From assembly GCA_037130765.1 (NCBI GenBank), contig JBAXSK010000001.1:7200-71199 (forward strand): a stretch of DNA of 64,000 bases. The letters are read 5' to 3'. The notes under the pieces are model-generated. The model worked only from the letters and a program-made list of their open reading frames with translations, was not told the DNA's origin and did not search any database. The stretch comes from Pseudanabaena sp. ELA607. GTDB lineage: Bacteria > Cyanobacteriota > Cyanobacteriia > Pseudanabaenales > Pseudanabaenaceae. The translations under genes were made by a program, and so were the position numbers. Of the stretch, positions 27,833 to 37,689 are shown in pieces (the first letter of the stretch is position 1; every line of letters starts with the position of its first letter).

Positions 27833-28481
27833 CTCTCAGAAATTGAATTATAAATTGAATTACGGATCAACTAGCTTCTAGAGATGAACTTTCCATCTTG
27901 GACTTGTGACCCATGCCAATTTCTCAACCAGTTGTAAATTAGTCAAGAGAAAGCCCCTTTATTTGGCAACAACAATGAATCCTACAGAAAAACCACAAAT
28001 CTAACCTTACGCCATCAGATAAATCTCGAAGCATATACTCGAAGCATATATTTTAAATATGTATTGCAAGTCAGAAATTCAATATGTTTTTATAACTCAT
28101 AGATTTGCACTCCCCTTACTTATTTGCTTTTAAAAAGCTAAAAATACTACTCATAAAATGCTATTACTTTTAACTGCTTTTTGAATTGCCCTACCAATTG
28201 TCTTTGAAATTGATCAATCACTATATCAAATTTACGCTATTTAAATAATTGATTCCCCAACTTATGCGAATAATTTTTGACTAGGATAGCCCTGTATTAG
28301 ATGAACATAAGAATTTTTAGGAAGGCGCTTATCAGTTAATTTTATTTGATATTACATTAATTTTCGCTGAATTATTAACACTCATGAACTAAAACTTATC
28401 GCAAATCCTTACCATAAAACTGCATAAATTTAATTTGATAGAGGTCATGATCTAGCAATATAAGCATCTCTTTGAATTGGG

Positions 28482-28513
28482 CTTTTACCTTAACCTATCC
28501 TTTACCTTAAGGT
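28482..28513 (+). promoter_or_regulatory. putative Pho box (SphR/PhoB site) upstream of pstS
   Basis: CTTAACCT at 28489..28496 and CTTTACCT at 28500..28507 are spaced 11 bp apart. They are flanked by CTTTTACC and CTTAAGGT. This matches the cyanobacterial PyTTAAPyPy(T/A) repeat consensus, about 270 bp upstream of the pstS ATG. Confidence 0.4.
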
Positions 28514-28770
28514 AGTATCATCACTTGAGTCTTGCTGATTAAAATCTTGTATTTAGCTGCAAGTTTTTAACCCCTGAACTGCGCCTAAAAATGTCTCTCA
28601 GCAGTTATACACTCTATGGTTTTATTAGAGTAATACCCCGATAGCTGACCGTAAAATTGGGCTTAAAATTGCATCATCTAAATATCGTGTTATTTAAGCC
28701 TTTATTGATTCAGTAATCTCAAGAAATTCACCCTAATAAAACATCACATCGTTTCATCAAAATCATCACT

Positions 28771-29904
28771 ATGCGCCCTAGCTTAAAACTATCTCGCCGT
28801 AAGGCACTCTACTTATCCCTTGGTGGTGTTGGCTTTGCCTTGGCAGCTTGCTCTACCCCTGCGCCTGCACCTAGCCCTAGTCCGGCGACATCAACCTCTG
28901 GTGCTGCTGATAAGCCCGCTGCTGGCGGTGCATCTGGAGGCGCACAATTAGCTGGTGGCAAGACTGTAACCCTTAGCGGTGCTGGAGCTTCGTTCCCTGC
29001 CCCCCTATACCAACGCTGGTTTGCTGACTTTAACAAAAAGTACTCCAATGTGCAAATTAGTTACCAGTCCGTTGGTAGCGGCGCTGGTGTAAAACAGTTT
29101 ATTGGTAGTACGGTTGACTTTGGTGCTAGCGACACCGCCATGAAAGAAGATGAAATTGCCAAAGTTGCTAAAGGTGCAGTATTGCTACCGGTAACCGCAG
29201 GTAGCATTGTGTTGGCATACAATGTCCCCGATGTTAAAGAAATCAAGCTGAGTCGCGAAGTTTACAGCAATATCTTTTTAGGCAAGATCACCAAGTGGAA
29301 TGATCCAGCAATTGCCAAGCTCAATGAAGGTGTGAAGCTGCCTGACTTGGCCATCTCCGTAGTTTATCGTTCTGACGGCAGTGGTACTACCGGTGTATTC
29401 ACCAAGCACTTGAGTGCAGTGAGTGCCGAGTGGAAATCTGGTCCTGGGGAAGGCAAATCAGTGCAATGGCCCACAGGTACTGGTGCTAAAGGCAATGAAG
29501 GTGTAACGGCTCAAGTACAGCAAACTGCTGGTGCAATCAGTTACACTGAGTATGGCTATGCGGTACAGAACAAGATTTCCTTTGCCACCATCGAAAATAA
29601 AGCTGGCAAATATATCAAGGCTGATCCCGAAAGTGGTTCAAAGTCCCTTGCATCCATTGAGCTACCAGCCAGTTTAATCTCTTTTGAAGCAGATCCCAAA
29701 GGTGACGGTGCTTACCCCATTGTTTCTTATACTTGGTTGTTGGTCTACAAGAAGTATGACGATCCAGCAAAAGCAGAAGTGATTAAAGCCATGTTGGAAT
29801 GGGCTATCACCGAAGGACAAAAGACCAGCGCAGATTTAGGTTATATTCCTTTACCTGCCGAGGTTGTGACTAAGATCAAGCCTGTGATTGCTACGATCTC
29901 CTAG
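28771..29904 (+). CDS. pstS: phosphate ABC transporter substrate-binding protein PstS
   Basis: Lipoprotein-type signal (LAACS). PstS motifs GAGASFPAPLYQRW, YQSVGSGAG, FGASD and YRSDGSGTT. Confidence 0.95.
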   Translation: MRPSLKLSRRKALYLSLGGVGFALAACSTPAPAPSPSPATSTSGAADKPAAGGASGGAQLAGGKTVTLSGAGASFPAPLYQRWFADFNKKYSNVQISYQSVGSGAGVKQFIGSTVDFGASDTAMKEDEIAKVAKGAVLLPVTAGSIVLAYNVPDVKEIKLSREVYSNIFLGKITKWNDPAIAKLNEGVKLPDLAISVVYRSDGSGTTGVFTKHLSAVSAEWKSGPGEGKSVQWPTGTGAKGNEGVTAQVQQTAGAISYTEYGYAVQNKISFATIENKAGKYIKADPESGSKSLASIELPASLISFEADPKGDGAYPIVSYTWLLVYKKYDDPAKAEVIKAMLEWAITEGQKTSADLGYIPLPAEVVTKIKPVIATIS

Positions 29905-29945
29905 TCATGATCTAGTAGTAAATTGCCCCTTGCATCTTTACGCTA

Positions 29946-29992
29946 AAACAGGGTTAAGCCTAGAAGAGAGTAGTCTCTGGCTTGCCCTGTTT
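29946..29992 (+). terminator. long intercistronic stem-loop between pstS and pstC (partial terminator or mRNA stabiliser)
   Basis: The sequence aaacagggttaagcctagaagagagtagtctctggcttgccctgttt forms a near-perfect extended hairpin followed by only TT. Confidence 0.45.
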
Positions 29993-30052
29993 GGCATAAC
30001 CTAGCATCGATTTTAGAAATTTGATCCTAATTCATCGTCAAAATTTGCATCA

Positions 30053-31012
30053 ATGAGTTCTGAACCTTTAAACACAGAAATTAGATTGCCCCATCGCTCT
30101 GATCTTTCCCAAAATCTGGATCAAGGCTTTGTCTGGCTCACCCGCATATTTGGGCTTGGTATTCCCCTAGTTTTAATCTCCATGATTATTAAAGTAGGGA
30201 TAGATGCTTTACCAGCGGTTGGTAAATATGGGATCGGCTTCCTATTTTCTAGTGATTGGGATGTGACTAGAAATGCTTATGGAGTCTTACCACAGATTTA
30301 TGGCACACTGGTTAGCTCTTTTATTGCTTTATTGATTGCCGTGCCTATTGGCATTGGTGTTGCGGTCATTTTGAGTGAACAGTTTGATTTTTTACCTCCC
30401 AAAGCGCAAGAAGCCCTTGTATTTTTGGTAGAACTGCTCGCAGCAATTCCCAGTGTGGTTTATGGTCTATGGGGAATTTTTGTTTTAATCCCTATTATCA
30501 AGCCTGTGGGTGATTTTCTCTATAACAATTTTAAATGGTTTCCATTATTTAGCACACCGCTTAGCGGCACTGGGATGCTGCCAGCGGCCGTAGTTTTGGC
30601 AGTGATGATTTTACCCACTATTGCGTCAATTTCTCGCGAAGCTTTGATTTCCTTACCTAAAGATATGCGTCAAGCTTCTATGGGTTTGGGCGCTACCCGT
30701 TGGGAAACCATCATTCAAGTTTTAATCCCAGCGGCTTTTTCTGGGATTGTGGGGGCAATCATGCTCGCCTTGGGTAGAGCGATGGGCGAGACTATGGCTG
30801 TCACCATGTTGATTGGTAACTCCGCCAAGATTAATGCTTCTATTTTGGCTCCTTCCAATTCGATTGCCGCCAAACTAGCTAACGAATTTGCCGAAGCTTC
30901 TGATTTACAGATTTCCGCATTAATGTATGCCGCGTTGATTCTATTTGGTTTAACCCTATTAGTTAATATTTTTGCCGAATTACTGATCATGCGCGTCCAA
31001 AAAATCAAGTGA
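30053..31012 (+). CDS. pstC: phosphate ABC transporter permease PstC
   Basis: 319-aa polytopic protein with an EAA-type loop (SREALISLPKDMRQASMGLGATRWE). It lies after pstS. Confidence 0.93.
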   Translation: MSSEPLNTEIRLPHRSDLSQNLDQGFVWLTRIFGLGIPLVLISMIIKVGIDALPAVGKYGIGFLFSSDWDVTRNAYGVLPQIYGTLVSSFIALLIAVPIGIGVAVILSEQFDFLPPKAQEALVFLVELLAAIPSVVYGLWGIFVLIPIIKPVGDFLYNNFKWFPLFSTPLSGTGMLPAAVVLAVMILPTIASISREALISLPKDMRQASMGLGATRWETIIQVLIPAAFSGIVGAIMLALGRAMGETMAVTMLIGNSAKINASILAPSNSIAAKLANEFAEASDLQISALMYAALILFGLTLLVNIFAELLIMRVQKIK

Positions 31013-31104
31013 TGGTGATCATGATTTTGGCTTAACTACAGCAAAGTTCGTCTCCGCAACTACTGTAATTTTCTGATGTCACATTCCTAGGTTTTTCTTC
31101 CCTT

Positions 31105-32028
31105 ATGACCACTGAACCTCAAAATCACCCATCCAGCAATTCGCCCATAGAAAGCTTAAAGCGTAATACTTCTTCACCGCGCACGCTTTTTGGTAATCTG
31201 ATGACTGGCCTTACGGTTAGTGCATCAGTTTTCGCCATGCTGGCCCTTACGGCAGTACTGTCTTATGTAATTATCAAAGGTGCGAGCCGGATCAACTTCG
31301 GTGTTTTCACTCAACTACCACCGGCCCCTGGCATCGAAGGTGGTGGTTTTGGTAATGCCATCATTGGCACATTGCTTATGGTTGGCATTGCGGCTGTAAT
31401 CAGTGTTCCCTTTGGGATTATGGCAGCAATTTTTGTCTCTGAATTTGGCGAGAAAAAGCCCATTGTTTTCTGGATTCGCTTTGCCACAAACGTTTTGAGT
31501 GGCGTTCCGTCCATCGTCGTTGGTGTATTTACTTACGGCATTATTGTAATTAAAGGCGGATTTTCCCTAGGGTTGGGCTTTTCCGCTTTTGCTGGTGGTG
31601 TAGCCTTATCGGTATTAATGCTGCCAATTATTGTTCGCACTAGCGAAGAAAGTTTGAAATTAGTACCCCAAGAGATTCGTCAAGCAGCCGTAGGGATTGG
31701 TGCAACCAACTTCCAAACGGTTTTCTTTGTGGTTTTGCCCGCAGCTTTACCGGCAATCATCACAGGGGCGATGTTGGCAGTGGCGCGGGCCGCAGGAGAA
31801 ACAGCACCTCTGATCTTTACCGCATTATTCAGTCAGTTCTGGTCCAATGGAATTTTCGAGAAAACCGCTTCATTAGGGGTACTTGTATATAATTTTGCCA
31901 TTGTGCCGGGTGGTCCTCAGTTTATTAACCAACAACAATTGGCATGGGCTGGTTCCCTAGTTTTAGTGCTGATGATCTTAATTACTAGTATTCTTTCTCG
32001 TCTGGCTACGGGTAAGAGAATTTACTAG
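31105..32028 (+). CDS. pstA: phosphate ABC transporter permease PstA
   Basis: 307-aa polytopic protein with the loop SEESLKLVPQEIRQAAVGIGATNFQ. It lies after pstC. Confidence 0.93.
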   Translation: MTTEPQNHPSSNSPIESLKRNTSSPRTLFGNLMTGLTVSASVFAMLALTAVLSYVIIKGASRINFGVFTQLPPAPGIEGGGFGNAIIGTLLMVGIAAVISVPFGIMAAIFVSEFGEKKPIVFWIRFATNVLSGVPSIVVGVFTYGIIVIKGGFSLGLGFSAFAGGVALSVLMLPIIVRTSEESLKLVPQEIRQAAVGIGATNFQTVFFVVLPAALPAIITGAMLAVARAAGETAPLIFTALFSQFWSNGIFEKTASLGVLVYNFAIVPGGPQFINQQQLAWAGSLVLVLMILITSILSRLATGKRIY

Positions 32029-32040
32029 GAATTATAGAAC

Positions 32041-32201
32041 TCACCTTACGCAGATAGAAAATCTGCCCTCATCCCCCAGCCCCTTCTCCCAGAGCAGGAG
32101 AAGGGGAGCAAGAGCCATTTTTAGCTTTTTCCTTGTTCCCCTCTCCCTTTTTGGGAGAGGGGCTAGGGGTGAGGGTCTTATAACCTTCTGCGTAACATGA
32201 G
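32041..32201. mobile_element. MITE with terminal inverted repeats and a 9-bp target-site duplication
   Basis: The ends tcaccttacgcaga... and ...tctgcgtaacatga are inverted. The exact direct repeat TTATAGAAC occurs at 32032..32040 and 32202..32210. Internal GC-rich palindromic arms are present. Confidence 0.7.
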
Positions 32202-32234
32202 TTATAGAACATATTTTTTCATACACGAATTAAC

Positions 32235-32295
32235 TACCCTCATCTTCAACTCTTCTTTAGACTGCCTTTAGGGAAGAGAGCTAGGATGAGGGTAA
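32235..32295. repeat. small hairpin repeat (taccctcatc ... gatgagggta)
   Basis: Inverted arms around a loop of about 40 nt. It belongs to the same family as 32536..32598. Confidence 0.6.
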
Positions 32296-32535
32296 ATTTT
32301 TATGTTTATAGTGAATCAAGATCAGAATCGGACTGTTTGCATATGATTAGGACTTACGCAAATCAACCAAAAACTAAAGTTCTTGGCTCAAAGCAGAAAG
32401 TCGGTTAAAACTGACTAGAGAAAGCCTTAAAACAACCTGTTTCAACGGGCTTAAGCTTTTAGCCCCCAATTTATTGCAGAGCAAGTGCTTGTATTTACTG
32501 CAATTTCCCCATAAAACCCTTGTGAGGATAGCATA

Positions 32536-32598
32536 AAATTTACCCTCATCCCTAAGCATTCTCCATTGGTTGGAAAGAGCTAGGATGAGGGTAAATTT
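32536..32598. repeat. small hairpin repeat (aaatttaccctcatcc ... ggatgagggtaaattt)
   Basis: Perfect 16-nt inverted arms, located just downstream of the nuclease gene stop. It may double as a terminator. Confidence 0.6.
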
Positions 32599-32623
32599 AG
32601 CAAAGGTTTAGAACTGAACTAGC

Positions 32624-35029
32624 TTAGGGATAAGCCACAAAGTTAGCCGCTGTCAAAGCATTTAGCGTATTGTTGTAGTTGAGCAAAGTGGCTAACAGTT
32701 CGCTGCCATTGCGAATTTCCGTTTTAGTCCCATTTTGCGTAATAGCAAAACCACCAACACCGAAAGTAATGCCAACATTCAAGCCAATGCGATCTCCTTG
32801 AGATTGACTGAAATCTTGAATGGTATCGCTATCCACGCCAAGGGTTCCCAAAACGAATAAATCTGCACCACCGCCACCAACCAGTAAATCCTTGCCAGTA
32901 CCACCGATGAGGGTATCAATGCCATCGCCACCATAAAGACGATCCACACCAGCATTACCCGTGAGAGTGTCATTGCCAGTGCCGCCGTCGATGATGTCAT
33001 TACCCGAACCACCGGTTAATATATCGTCACCGCCACCACCACTGAAGTTATTATTTCCAGTAGTTGCTGAAGCGTTAATATTGTCGTTGTTATTACCACA
33101 GGCGATGATGTTGGCAGTGGCTCCAGTCAAGACAGTTCCGTTTTGGTCCGACTGAGTAGTATTAATATTTACTTGGTCTGTGACAATTATATTGAAGTTC
33201 GCCAATCCACTAGTTAAAGTGCCATCGCTAGCTTGGACGGAAATGGCATTTGTCCCCGTAGCTGTAGGAGTCCCAGAGAAGGTTCTCGTATTGCTATCGA
33301 AGTTCAACCAAGTGGGTTTCTGAGTGATGGCATAGCTCAAAGTAGTGCCCGCATCAGGATCAGCGAAGATATTACTCGGTAAAACGAAGGAGAATGCTTT
33401 ACCGTTTTGAGCTTGTTGGCTAGCAATTGGATTAATGTTGACCGGCGCTTCGTTAACATTGTTAATGCTAACGGTGAAGGTTTTATCGGTGTAAAGACCA
33501 CCATTATCAGTGGAACGCACAACTACGCTATAGCTAGATTTAGCCTCAAAGTTAGGAGCAGCATTAATCAGCAATTGATTGCCGCTAATTGTGAAAGCAG
33601 CATTGTCATTAGTTCCAGCCACAAAGCTGTAGGAGAAAGTATCACCGATAGTTGGATCGGTAGTAGTGAAAGTACCGATTGCACTGTTAGCCGCGACATT
33701 CTCATTAATGGCAGTGGCACTGAGGGCGATATTGGTCGGCGCACTGTTCAGATTTAGCCCAACAACGATCGGATCATGGTCGGAGGTGCGGAAGGGATCA
33801 ACGCTGTAGAAGCTGCTGACCTGACCAGCAGACTTAAACTCGGTGTTGTAATCTAGGACGGTCGGCTCATCAGAGTTGATATGCCACTTTGCCGCACCAG
33901 TTACTTGGCTGTTCAGACTGCCGCTTGCCAGTGCATGATCTAGCGAACCCCACTGACCATTAAACTGGTAGGAATAGGATTCGGGACCGAACAGGCTGGT
34001 GTAACCTGCGTTGGTCAGCGTAGTGATGGGGTCTTCCAAACGGTAGGCGTTGAGGTCGCCCAAAATTAAATAATCAGAATCAGCAGTGCCAGTGGGGTTG
34101 GTGGCTAACCATGCTGCCAATTGTTGTGCCGCCGCAGTACGAGTGGCATTGGACTGACCTTGACCGTCCAGTTGGTCAGCATCACCATTCAAGTTCGCTG
34201 CCGATCCCTTAGATTTGAAGTGGTTGATGACGGCGGTAAAAGTTTCGTTGGTTGGCGTGCCGTTGGCTAAGCGTTCAAAGGTGGTCGCCAGTGCCGGACG
34301 TTGCACCCGATTTCCCGTATCTTGGGCGAAGATGCCTGTGGTGAGGGCAGCAGCATTAGTGCCAGGGGCGATTCGCACCGCGTTGGTTTTGTAAATGAAG
34401 CCAACGGTGATTTCGTCACCACCAAAAAGACCGCCACTCAGAGCCGAAGCAGGTGGGGTCACAAAGGCGTAAGTGCCAGGAGCAGTGGCGGCATTGAGGG
34501 CATTGACCAATTGCTGTACAGCGCTGGCAGAACCAAAGCCGTCATTTTCCATTTCGTTGTAGCCGAAAACATCGGCGTTCAAGCCCAGAACTTCTTGAAC
34601 GGTTTTGTCGATTTGGCGTTTTAATTCGGTTGCATTGCTGGCTCCGCGAGAAGTGGGGAAGCCGCCATCAATCAACCCATCGCTGTTAGCATCCAATCCA
34701 TTGCCATTAAAGAAGTTGAGTAGGTTGGCACTGGCAACCCGAAGAGTACCGCCGACTACTGGAGGTGTGGTTGAACGAGGATTGCTGGCAACAAAGTTAG
34801 CTGGAGTGGTTGTTTGCACTCGATAACCTTCAAAACGCTCATCAAGAACGCCACTAATACTGGCGATCGTATCGCCCCCTCTAAGTGTATTTGTGGCACT
34901 CAAGGGCTGACCACCACGGGCATGAATCGTGGGATCTGGGTTTTGGGTGCTGCTACCGTCATCCAAGAATGATGTAGTTGTCTTGGAGATTAGCCAAATA
35001 GTTGGCATAGCCAGTGACGCTAGGGGCAT
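32624..35029 (-). CDS. nuclease fragment 3/3: endonuclease/exonuclease/phosphatase catalytic domain, two cadherin-like domains, RTX Ca-binding repeats
   Basis: EEP motifs LRVASANLLNFF and SDHDPIVVGL. Cadherin-like ...VSINNVNEAP. RTX nonapeptides GGGGDDILTGGSGNDIIDGGTGNDTLTGNAGVDRLYGGDGIDTL. Confidence 0.8.
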   Translation of the reverse strand: MPLASLAMPTIWLISKTTTSFLDDGSSTQNPDPTIHARGGQPLSATNTLRGGDTIASISGVLDERFEGYRVQTTTPANFVASNPRSTTPPVVGGTLRVASANLLNFFNGNGLDANSDGLIDGGFPTSRGASNATELKRQIDKTVQEVLGLNADVFGYNEMENDGFGSASAVQQLVNALNAATAPGTYAFVTPPASALSGGLFGGDEITVGFIYKTNAVRIAPGTNAAALTTGIFAQDTGNRVQRPALATTFERLANGTPTNETFTAVINHFKSKGSAANLNGDADQLDGQGQSNATRTAAAQQLAAWLATNPTGTADSDYLILGDLNAYRLEDPITTLTNAGYTSLFGPESYSYQFNGQWGSLDHALASGSLNSQVTGAAKWHINSDEPTVLDYNTEFKSAGQVSSFYSVDPFRTSDHDPIVVGLNLNSAPTNIALSATAINENVAANSAIGTFTTTDPTIGDTFSYSFVAGTNDNAAFTISGNQLLINAAPNFEAKSSYSVVVRSTDNGGLYTDKTFTVSINNVNEAPVNINPIASQQAQNGKAFSFVLPSNIFADPDAGTTLSYAITQKPTWLNFDSNTRTFSGTPTATGTNAISVQASDGTLTSGLANFNIIVTDQVNINTTQSDQNGTVLTGATANIIACGNNNDNINASATTGNNNFSGGGGDDILTGGSGNDIIDGGTGNDTLTGNAGVDRLYGGDGIDTLIGGTGKDLLVGGGGADLFVLGTLGVDSDTIQDFSQSQGDRIGLNVGITFGVGGFAITQNGTKTEIRNGSELLATLLNYNNTLNALTAANFVAYP

Positions 35030-37445
35030 TGACTTGAGTAAATTGGTCTAAGCGATCGCCACCTGACAAACCAACTTGACCATAGCGACCGAGCTTAAAG
35101 GTTTCCGTGACGGTTAAGGCCCCACTGCTAGAACTGACATTGACCAGCATCCCTTCGTAGCGTTCCAATGCTGTTGTATCCACTACAGGTAATACGACAT
35201 TGGTGATGGAGGGAAGATCTGCTGCTCCTAAGTCAACCACACTAGCAATGGTGAGTTGGGTCAGGCTGCTGTTGCCAGTCCCAGCGATGTTAGTTGAGCT
35301 AGAAGTGTATTCGCTAACGGTTCCCGTGACCTGAACCTTACGCCCCACTGCACCAGTGAAAAGTCCGCTAGGATCGTATACAAAGATGCCTTCGGAAGTT
35401 GCGGAGTTGCTATCAGCATCAGCATCTTCTTCTTGGACGTAGAAGCCGTTGAGTTTGGTGGAACCTTGGAAAGCGCGGGTGACAATGCCTTCGATCGCTA
35501 GGGTTCCCGTCAGAGCAGCCGTGGCACCACTGCCTTGAATATCATGGATTTTGGTAATAACTGTACTGCTCAACCCAGGTGAGCCAACCCCATTGGTGGC
35601 AGGACTTTGGGTCAACACCCCAAGCTGACCCGTTCGGGCATAGGTATATTTTGGAGCAGTGGTAGACTGACCATCCCAAACAGCAGAAACAGAGTTGGCA
35701 CCAGCGGTTGCACCAACTGCTACACCCGCGTGACCCGCCACTACAGCAGAATCATCTGTACGAGATACGGGCTGAATCACACTGCCATCAGATGCGTTAA
35801 TAGTCGTAGTTTTGTAATTGAAGCCTGTCACCAGTTGACCATTGGCATCAAACAGTGCCACCGCGTCCGCACTGCCTAGCCCAGGGCCTCCCGTGGCGAT
35901 GACCGCCGTGCCGGTGGAAAGTCCCCAAGCCGTGCGAAACGCTGCTGCATCGGTGGTATTGACTACAATGAGGCTTGCTCCAGGGTTCAAGCTCAAGGTC
36001 GTAGCAGAAAGGACAGCAGCGGCTGAGTCTGAAAAGTTTGCCGAATCATCGTCCCATTTCCAGCCAGTCAGGTCGATCGCCGTTGTGCCGTAGTTGTAGA
36101 TCTCGAAAAAGTCACCACCTGTGGAGTTTGAGTTGACTTCTGTAATCAGTACTTTAGGTAAAGGAGTCGGTACAAGCGTCGTGAAGTCATAGGCGGTTGC
36201 ACCTGTCAAGCCTGCCCAAGCATTGCCTGCATGATCGGTAATGGCTGTATTGCTTGCCTCTAGGTAATAGGATGTGCCTGTATCGAGATTGGCAGTTGGG
36301 TTAATGGTAACGGTGTTGTAGGCAATGGTTACTTTGGTATCGGTAGCGGCGATCGTTTCGACTATGCTGTTGTCGCTGGTTTTCTTGATCACAAAGCTGC
36401 CCGCGCCTGCTTTGACAGCCTCATCAAACTTGAGTACCAGATTAGAATTGACTGCTACATTAGTGCCATTGTCGGCGGGTGAACTGCTAGCTAGAGTCGG
36501 TGCGGTTGTGTCGGTTACGTCTGCCCCAATGTTGATCCAATTGCCTTGGAACTGTTGTTCGGCGGCAGGTAAGTCCTTGGAAACTACACTTTTACCTGGC
36601 CAAATGGTGTCACCGTTATCTTGCAATAGCTGCACCAAAGTACCTTGGGCTGTACTTAAAACATCAACAATCGTTTCAAAACTGCCGCCAGTTACGTCTC
36701 GGAGAACGTCCAGATTCACATTTAACTCAGTGGCTGGGTTGCTCGTGCCATCCCAACGGAAGAGGCGGAAATCGTTGGTTACTTCGGTGCTGGCTGAGCC
36801 TGAAGGTCCTGCGAGAATCAGGTAGCCACCGCCTACGGATTTTTCGATGGAGCGAATACCACGACCGCCTAGATTGAGTTCGATCGGTGTGCCGAAGGTT
36901 GGGGTATTCGTGCCGCCTGAGGTGATTAATCCTGATAGGGTAACTGGGACGATAATCGCTTTTTGCCGCAAGCTAGTATCCGATTGTGGAGCGCGGAAAC
37001 CTAGCAAGAGTTGTGTACCGTCTTGGGATGCGGTCATGCCCTCAATGGAGAAACCATTTAGGTTTTCAGGAATCACACCGACTGCGGATGAAGCTGTCAA
37101 GCCAAAGTAATTGGCTCCCTTGCCGTGGGCATTGCTGCTATCCCATGCACTTAAGGCGTTTTCTAGTTCGGTATTTTTACCGACATAGGTAAATTGCGTA
37201 TTTGCGCCAGTGCCAGAAACGGTGACAGCAAAAATGTTTTCGCGGCTGACCTGCTCGCTGCCATCTTTCTTGTTGCTGTGGGAGCCGATGAAGTACAATG
37301 TGTCGCCAATGCGGGTGCTGGCTTCTAAATCAACTTCGTTAGTACCAGTTCCCAAACCAGTGCCAAAGTTCCATTCTGCTACTGCCGCGCCGCCTGTACG
37401 AGCATAAACCCGCAGTGCGCTAGCTTCATCGTCTCCAACTACCAT
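34959..37445 (-). CDS. nuclease fragment 2/3: propeller/phytase-like module, Big_5 Ig domain, lamin-tail domain (LTD), ExeM/NucH N-terminal region
   Basis: LTD: VLITEVNSNSTGGDFFEIYNYGTTAIDLTGWKW. ExeM/NucH signature: ITKIHDIQGSG...IEGIVTRAF...GFYVQEED...EGIFVY. Confidence 0.75.
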   Translation of the reverse strand: MVVGDDEASALRVYARTGGAAVAEWNFGTGLGTGTNEVDLEASTRIGDTLYFIGSHSNKKDGSEQVSRENIFAVTVSGTGANTQFTYVGKNTELENALSAWDSSNAHGKGANYFGLTASSAVGVIPENLNGFSIEGMTASQDGTQLLLGFRAPQSDTSLRQKAIIVPVTLSGLITSGGTNTPTFGTPIELNLGGRGIRSIEKSVGGGYLILAGPSGSASTEVTNDFRLFRWDGTSNPATELNVNLDVLRDVTGGSFETIVDVLSTAQGTLVQLLQDNGDTIWPGKSVVSKDLPAAEQQFQGNWINIGADVTDTTAPTLASSSPADNGTNVAVNSNLVLKFDEAVKAGAGSFVIKKTSDNSIVETIAATDTKVTIAYNTVTINPTANLDTGTSYYLEASNTAITDHAGNAWAGLTGATAYDFTTLVPTPLPKVLITEVNSNSTGGDFFEIYNYGTTAIDLTGWKWDDDSANFSDSAAAVLSATTLSLNPGASLIVVNTTDAAAFRTAWGLSTGTAVIATGGPGLGSADAVALFDANGQLVTGFNYKTTTINASDGSVIQPVSRTDDSAVVAGHAGVAVGATAGANSVSAVWDGQSTTAPKYTYARTGQLGVLTQSPATNGVGSPGLSSTVITKIHDIQGSGATAALTGTLAIEGIVTRAFQGSTKLNGFYVQEEDADADSNSATSEGIFVYDPSGLFTGAVGRKVQVTGTVSEYTSSSTNIAGTGNSSLTQLTIASVVDLGAADLPSITNVVLPVVDTTALERYEGMLVNVSSSSGALTVTETFKLGRYGQVGLSGGDRLDQFTQVNAPSVTGYANYLANLQDNYIILG

Positions 37446-37689
37446 CCAGTTGGCATCTAGGGCTATGGCTGTGGAGGCATCAGAACTGCCTAAGGTAGTT
37501 CCGGCATTGGGTGTAAAGGTTTGGGTGCTACCAACGCTTCCCAGATCCCCAAAGTTAAGTCCTAAGTCGCTCTTTGTGGAACCGATAATCGCAGCAGCAT
37601 TACCGCCGAGGAAAGCAGAGTTATTGAAAACTAAACTAATATTGCTTAAGTCATTGGCATTAGCGTTGTTGGTTGCTGTGCCAGTGAAG

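Noticed and set aside
32041-32559. 61-aa ORFs at 32041..32226 and 32374..32559.
   Set aside because: They lie within MITE and hairpin repeat DNA. The first reads through the palindromic arms (PLPKRERG-type translation), which is typical of repeat-derived pseudo-ORFs.
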